From the NCBI RefSeq assembly GCF_009914755.1, contig NC_060940.1: a stretch of 64,000 bases of DNA. One strand, given 5' to 3'. This DNA is from the human T2T-CHM13v2.0 reference genome, Homo sapiens. Shown in pieces: positions 57,255-64,000 of this stretch. Below the pieces are notes generated by a model. It worked only from the letters and a program-made list of their open reading frames with translations, made no database searches and was not told the origin of the DNA. The stretch's first letter is position 1. Every line of letters begins with the position of its first letter. Made by a program: the position numbers and the translations under genes.

Positions 57255-60120
57255 ATTCCATTCGATTGCATTCATTGATGATTCCACCCAATTCCATTCG
57301 ATGATGATTCCATTCGATTTCAATGATTCTACTCGATTCCATTCAATGATGATTCAATTCTATTCCGTTTGATGATTCCATTAGATTCCATTCTATGATG
57401 ATTCCATTCGAGTCCATTCGAAGATTTCATTCGATTACATTCCATGACGATTCCATTCGAGTCCATTCGATGATTCCATTTGAATCCATTCGACGATGAT
57501 TCCATTTGATGCTATTCGATGATTCCATTGGATTCCATTCGATGATGATTCCATTCGACTTGATTTGATGTTTCTATTTGAGTCCATTCGGTTATTTTAT
57601 TAGACTACATTCGATGATGATTCCATTCGATGCCATTCAATGATTCCATTTGATTCCACTCAATGATGATTGCATTCGTGTCCATTCGATGATTCCATTT
57701 GGTTCCATTTGATGATGATTCCATTCGAGTCCATTCGATGATACCATTCAATTCCATTCGATGATCATTCCATTCGAATCCATTTGATGATTCCACTCAA
57801 TTCCATTTGATGACTCCTTTCATTCCCATTCGATGATTCCCTTCAGTTCCAATTGGATGATCTTTCCATTTGATTCAATATGGTGACTCCATTCTATTAT
57901 ATTCAATGATGATTCCATTCGACTCCATTAGATGATGACTCCATTCCATTCCATTCGATTGTGATTTCATTCGATTCCATTCGAAGATGATTCCATTCGA
58001 GTCCATTTGATGATTCCATTCGATTCCATTCAATGATGATTCCACTCAAATCCATTGGATGATTCCATTCGTTTCCAATTGGTGATTTCATTAGATTCCA
58101 TTCGAGGATGATTCTATTCGAGTCCATTCAATGATTCCATTGGATTCCGTTTGATAATGATTCCATTAGAGTTCATTCGATGATTCCCTTCGAGTCCATT
58201 CGATTATTTCTTTTGATTCCATTTGATGATGATTCCATTCGATTCCATTCAATGATTCCATTCCATTCCATTCGATGATGATTCCATTCGATAATGATTA
58301 CATTCGAGCCCATGTGATGATTCCATTAGATTCTATTCAATGATGATTCCATTCGACCACATTCGATGATGGCATTCGAGTCCATTCGATGATTTCACTC
58401 GATTCCACTTGATGATGATTCCTTTTGAGTCCATTTGATGATTACATTCGAGTCCATGAGATGACTCCATTCGATTCCATTTCATGATGATGCAATTCGA
58501 GGCTATTCGATCATCCCATTTTAGTGCATTCGGTGATTCTCTTTTATTACATTCGATGAGGGCTCCATTCGAGTCCATTCAATGATTCCATTAGATTCCA
58601 CTCGATGATGATTCCATTTGAGTCCATTCAAAGATTCCTTTCGAGTCCATTCGATAATTCTATTGGATTCCACTAGGTGATGATTCCTTTCGAGTCAATT
58701 CGATGATTCCTTTCAAGTGCCTTCAATGATTCCATTCGATTCCATTCGATGACGATTCATTTCAAGTCCATTCAATGGTTCCATTCTGTTGAATTTGATG
58801 GTTCCATTTGATTCCATTCGATGATGATTCCATTCGTGTCCATTGGATGATTCCATTCGATTCCTTTCGAGGAAGATTCCATTCGACTCCATTCGATGAT
58901 TCCGTTCGATTCCATTCCATGATGATTCCATTTGATTCCATTCCATGATTCCATTCGATACCATTCGATGATGATTCCATTCGACTCCATTTGATGAATC
59001 CATTCAATGCTTCCATTCGAGTCCATTCGATGATTCCATTCGATTCCATTCCATGAAGATTCCATTCGAGTACATTTGATGATTCCATTTAATTCCATAG
59101 GATGATGATTCTATTAGGGTCCGTTGACTATTCCATTCAATTCCATTCGAAGACTCCATTCGAGTCCACTCGATGATTCTATTTGATTCCATTTGATAAT
59201 TCCATTCGATTCCATTTGATGTTGATTCCATTCGAGTCCATTCGATCATTATTACATTTGATTCTATTCGATGATTCCATTCGATTCCATTTGATGAGGA
59301 TTCCATTCGAGACCATTTGATGATTCCATTCAATTCCATTGGATGATTCCAATATTTTCCATTAGATGATGATTCCATTCGATTCCATTCAATGATGATT
59401 CCATCAGAATCCATTCGATGATGACTCCTTTTGCTTCCATTCAATGATCATTACATTCGGTTCCATTCGATGATGATTCCTTTGGATTCCATTCGATGAT
59501 GCTTCCATTCGATTCCATTTGATGATGATTCTTTTCGATTCCATTTGATGATGATTCCATTTGATTCCATTCGATGGTGATTCCATTTGATGATTCCATT
59601 CGATTGTATTCGATGATGATTCCACTCGATTCTATTTGATGATGACTGCATTCGATTCCATTTGATGATTCCATTCGATGATGATTCTGATCAATTGCAT
59701 TCGATGATCCATTCGATTCCATTTGATGGTTCCATTTGATTCCATTTGATAATGATTCCTTTCGAGTCCATTCGATGATTCCATTTGCGGATATTCGATA
59801 ATTCCATTTGAGTCCAACCGATGATTCCATTCGAGGCCATTCAATCATTCTTTTTGAGTCCTTTCGATAAAGATTCCATTTTAGTCCATTCAATAATTCC
59901 ACTGGAGTCCATTCGATGATTGCTTTTAATTCCATTCGATGATATTCCATTCGAGTCCATTCGATGATTCCATTCGTTGCTATTAGATGATGATTCCATT
60001 CATGACCATTTGGTGATTCCATTCGATTTCATTCGTTGATGATTCCATTCGAGTCCATTCCATGATTCCATTCAAGTCCATTTGATGATTTCTTTGAATT
60101 CAATTCGATGATGATTCCAT
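57255..60120 (+). repeat. Segment Z: HSat2 sequence present once in this window (758-bp Z1 + ~100-bp canonical islet + 2,003-bp Z2)
   Basis: No close copy was seen elsewhere in the window, and the ORF translations here are unique. The islet TCCACTCAAATCCATTGG...ATTCGAGGATGATTC at ~58012-58114 matches canonical 8999-9101. Confidence 0.8.
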
Positions 60121-61544
60121 TCGAGTCCATTCGATGATTCCATTCAGTTCCATTCGATGATGATTCCTTTCGAGACCATATGATGATTCCATTTGATTTC
60201 ATTCGATGATGATTCCATTCGATTCCATTCGATGATTCCATTCTATTCCATTCGATGATGATTCCATTCGAGTCCATTTAATGATTCCATTGGGTTCAAT
60301 TCAATGATGATTACATTGGATTCTCTTCTATGATACCATTCAATTCCGTTCATTGACAATTTGATTCCATTCGATGATGATTCCATTTGAGTTCATTCGA
60401 TGATTCTATTCGATTCTCTTCGATGGTGATTCAATTCTATTATATTGGATGATTCCATTCGATTCCATTTGATGTTGATTCAATTCGATTCTATTCGATG
60501 ATGATTCCATTGGATTTCATTTGATGATTCTATTCGATTCCATTCAATGATGATTCACTTCTCGTCCATTGGATGATTCCATTTCATTCCATTCGATGAT
60601 GATTCCATTCGATTCCATTCGATGATTCCATTTGATTCCATTCGACGGTGAGCAATTCGATTCAATTCCATGATGATTCTATTTGATTCAGTTAGATGAT
60701 GTTTCCATTCGAATCCATTCCATGATTATTCCATTGGAATCCATTCGGCGATGATTCCATATGAGTCAATTCAATGATGCTTCCATATGGGTCAGTTCGA
60801 TGATAATTCCATTTGATTTCATTCGATGCTTCTATTCAATTCCAGTCGATGATGATTCCGTTGGAGTCCATACGATGACTCCATTTGATTTCATTTGATG
60901 ATGATTCCATTCGATTCCATTCGATGACTCCATTCTGTTCCATTCGATGATGATTCCATTCGAGTCCATTCGATGATTCCATTCGAGTCCATTTCATGAT
61001 TCCATTGGGTTCAATTCGATGATGATTACACTGGATTCCATTCTATGATTCCATTCAGTTCCATTCGTTGATGATTCGATTCCATTCAATGATGATTCCA
61101 TTTGAGTTCATTCGATGATTCTATTCGATTCCGTTCGATGGTGATTCAATTCTATTATATTGGATGATTCCATTCGATTCCATTTGATGATGATTCCATT
61201 CGATTCCATTCGATGATGATTCCATTTGATTCCATTTGATGTTGATTCTATTCGATTCTATTCAATGATGATTCCATTCGATTTCATTTGATGATTCTAT
61301 TGGATTCCTTTCGATGATTCTATTCCATTCCATTCGATGATGATTCAATTCTCTTCCATTGGATGATTCCATTTTATTCCATTCGACGATGACTCCATTT
61401 GATTCCATTCAATGATGATTCCATTCGATTCCATTCGGTGATTCCATTTGATTCCATTCGACGGTGAGCAATTTGATTCAATTCCATAATGATTCTATTT
61501 GATTCAATTAGATGATGTTTCCATTCGAATCCATTCGGTGATGA

Positions 61545-63220
61545 TTCCATTGGTATCCATTCGACGATGATTCCATATGAGTCAATTCGATGATGATTCC
61601 ATACGAGTCCGTTGGATGATAATTCCATTTGATTTCATTCAATCCTTCTATTCGATTCCATTTGATGATGATTCCATCTGAATCCATTCTCCGATTCCAT
61701 TCGATTTCATTTGATGCTTCTATTTGATTTCATTCGAAGATGATTCCTTTCAATTCCGTTCATTAATTCCATTTGATTCCATTCGATGATGATTCCATCC
61801 GATTCCATTGGATGATGATTCCATTCGAGTCCATTCGATGATTCCGTTCTAATCCATTCTATGATTCCATTCGAGTCCATTCGATGATTCCATTCGATTC
61901 CATTCAGTGATGATTCCATTTGATTCCATCTGATGATGATTTCATTTGATTCCATTCGATGATGATTCCATTGGAGTCCATTGAATGATTCAATTCAATT
62001 CCATTCCATGTGGATTCCATTCGAATTCATTCGTTTATTCCATTCAAATCCCTTCGTTGATTCCATCTGATTCCACTTGACGATGATTCCATTCAAGTCC
62101 AATCGATGATTCCATTCGGTTCCATTCAATGATTCCATTCGAGTCCATTTATGTATTATATTCGTGTCCACTTGATGACTCCATTCAATTCCATTTAATG
62201 ATGATTCCATTTTATTCCATTTGATGATTCAGTTCGATTCCTTACAATGATTCCCTACGATTCCTTTCTATGATGATTTCATTCGATTCCATTCATTGAT
62301 GATTCCATTCGACTCCATTCAATGATGATTCCTTTCGATTCCATTTGACGATGTTTCCATTTGAGTCCATTCGATGATGATTCCATTGGTATCCATTCGA
62401 CGATGATTCCATATGAGTCAATTCGATGATGATTCCATACGAGTCCGTTGGATGATAATTCCATTTGATTTCATTCAATCCTTCTATTCGATTCCATTTG
62501 ATGATGATTCCATCTGAATCCATTCTCCGATTCCATTCGATTTCATTCGATGCTTCTATTTGATTTCATTCGAAGATGATTCCTTTCAATTCCATTCATT
62601 AATTCCATTTGATTCCATTCGATGATGATTCCATCCGATTCCATTGGATGATGATTCCATTCGAGTCCATTCGATGATTCCGTTCTAATCCATTCTATGA
62701 TTCCATTCGAGTCCATTCGATGATTCCATTCGATTCCATTCAGTGATGATTCCATTTGATTCCATCGGATGATGATTTCATTTGATTCCATTCGATGATG
62801 ATTCCATTGGAGTCCATTGAATGATTCAATTCAATTCCATTACATGTGGATTCCATTCGAATTCATTCGATTATTCCATTCAAATCCCTTCGTTGATTCC
62901 ATCTGATTCCACTTGACGATGATTCCATTCAAGTCCAATCGATGATTCCATTCGGTTCCATTCAATGATTCCATTCGAGTCCATTTATGTATTATATTCG
63001 TGTCCACTTGATGACTCACTCCATTCAATTCCATTTAATGATGATTCCATTTGATTCCATTTGATGATTCAGTTCGATTCCTTACAATGATTCCCTACGA
63101 TTCCTTTCTATGATGATTCCATTCGATTCCATTCATTGATGATTCCATTCGACTCCATTCGATGATGATTCCTTTCGATTCCATTTGACGATGTTTCCAT
63201 TTGAGTCCATTCGATGATGA
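61545..63220 (+). repeat. Tandem duplication, period 836 bp, spanning the Y/X boundary
   Basis: TTGGTATCC occurs at 61550 and 62386. ORF starts 61628/62464 and 61955/62791 differ by 836. Confidence 0.9.
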
Positions 63221-64000
63221 TTCAATTCAGTTCTGTTCTATTATGAATCCATTCGATTTCATTCAATGCTTCTATTTGATTCCATTCGACGATGATTCCA
63301 TCTCTTTCCCTTCGATGTTTCCATTTGATTCCATTCAGTGATGATTCCATTTGATTCCATCTGATGATGATTTCACTTGATTCATTTCAATGATGATTCC
63401 ATTCAAGTCCATTCGATGATTCCATTGGAGTCCAAACGATCATTCCATTCGATTCCATTCAATGATGATTCCATTCATGTCCATTCAATGAATCCTTTCA
63501 ATTCCATTCGATGATGACTCCATTCGAGTACATTCGATGATTCCATTTGATTCCATTTGATGATGATTACATTCAATTCCATTCGAAGATGATTCCATTC
63601 AATTCCACTTGATGATGATTCCGTATGAATCCATTCGCTGATTATTCCATTCGATTCCATTCATTGACGATTCCATTCGATTCCATTCAATGATGATTCT
63701 CTTCTATTCCATTCGATGATTCCGGTCGATTCCATTCGATGATGATTCCATTAGATTCCATTCGATTGTTGCATTCGATTCCCTTCGATGATGATTCCTT
63801 TGAATTCCATTCGATTATGATTCCGTATGAATCCATTTGATGATTATTCCATTGGATTCCTTTCGATGATGATTCCATTCGATTCCATTTGATGATGTTT
63901 CTCATGTATTCCATTTGATAATTCCTTTCAATTCCCTTCGATGATGATTCTTTCGAGTCAATTCGATGATTCTATTCCATTCCCTTCGATGATGATTCCA

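Larger units (their letters stand above)
1..64000 (+). repeat. Human satellite II (HSat2/HSATII) tandem array, probably HSat2B with ~6.1-kb higher-order unit (chr16q11.2-like pericentromeric heterochromatin)
   Basis: Continuous CATTC-derived sequence with the HSat2 signature CATTCGATTC / CATTCGATGATGATTC / CATTCGAGTC. It is not the long pure (CATTC)n runs of HSat3. Landmarks recur at exactly 6,112 bp (6016/12128, 23695/29807, 21767/27879/33991). The chromosome/subfamily call rests on recalled literature for the 6.1-kb period. Confidence 0.97.
54271..64000 (+). repeat. Longest variant unit U10 (truncated by window end): canonical first half - segment Z - P - Y - X, with internal 836-bp duplication
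   Basis: Offset to U2 is 48,255 until ~57255, then 49,013, 51,016/50,993 and 51,098. Y landmarks recur from U9 at +11,819 and +12,655. Confidence 0.85.

Noticed and set aside
107-63914. Many minus-strand ORFs (60-193 aa) rich in MESSNGIEWNH-like words, longest 59441-60022
   Set aside because: These are direct translations of the GAATG strand, which is ATG-rich and relatively stop-poor. They overlap in all three frames, are broken by frameshifts and stops between near-identical units, and show no domain or gene structure.
1-64000. CRISPR-like repeat/spacer array
   Set aside because: There are no unique spacers between conserved repeats, since all intervening sequence is the same CATTC family. 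There are no cas genes.
1-64000. HSat3 / DYZ1 or chr1 1.77-kb HSat2A assignment
   Set aside because: The window lacks long perfect (CATTC)n runs and is rich in CATTCGATG/GATGATTC. The observed period is 6,112 bp, not ~3.5 or ~1.8 kb.
1-64000. Inversions, or Alu/L1/ERV insertions within the array
   Set aside because: I saw no GAATG-oriented block, poly(A) tail, target-site duplication or non-satellite stretch. Segments X, Y and Z are all HSat2.

Overview
The whole 64 kb window is one uninterrupted, single-orientation array of human satellite II (HSat2/HSATII). It consists of CATTC pentamers organised into ~23/26-bp monomers such as ATTCCATTCGATTCCATTCGATG(ATG), with many TCGA sites and the CATTC strand on +. 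The dominant higher-order period is 6,112 bp. This matches the ~6.1-kb unit reported for HSat2B of the chr16 pericentromere, but that assignment comes from recalled literature and was not verified by a search. No genes, RNA genes, transposons or CRISPR arrays are supportable, and all listed ORFs are satellite translation artefacts. The informative signal is structural. Using unique landmarks, ten units can be phased at 5,909 / 6,112 / 5,561 / 6,006 / 6,112 / 6,108 / 4,081 / 5,909 / 8,366 / >9,730 bp. The right end holds an 11,819-bp long form of the unit. The 6,112-bp unit is a collinear subset of it, missing four blocks of 758, 2,003, 105 and 2,836 bp, and the length arithmetic closes exactly. 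Nested duplications occur at offsets of 39,889, 18,226, 6,112 and 836 bp. Most units carry one DUX4-consensus 11-mer. All coordinates were derived by eye and from ORF-track offsets, so breakpoints are approximate within the flanking homology. I found no evidence of a new protein- or RNA-coding system.
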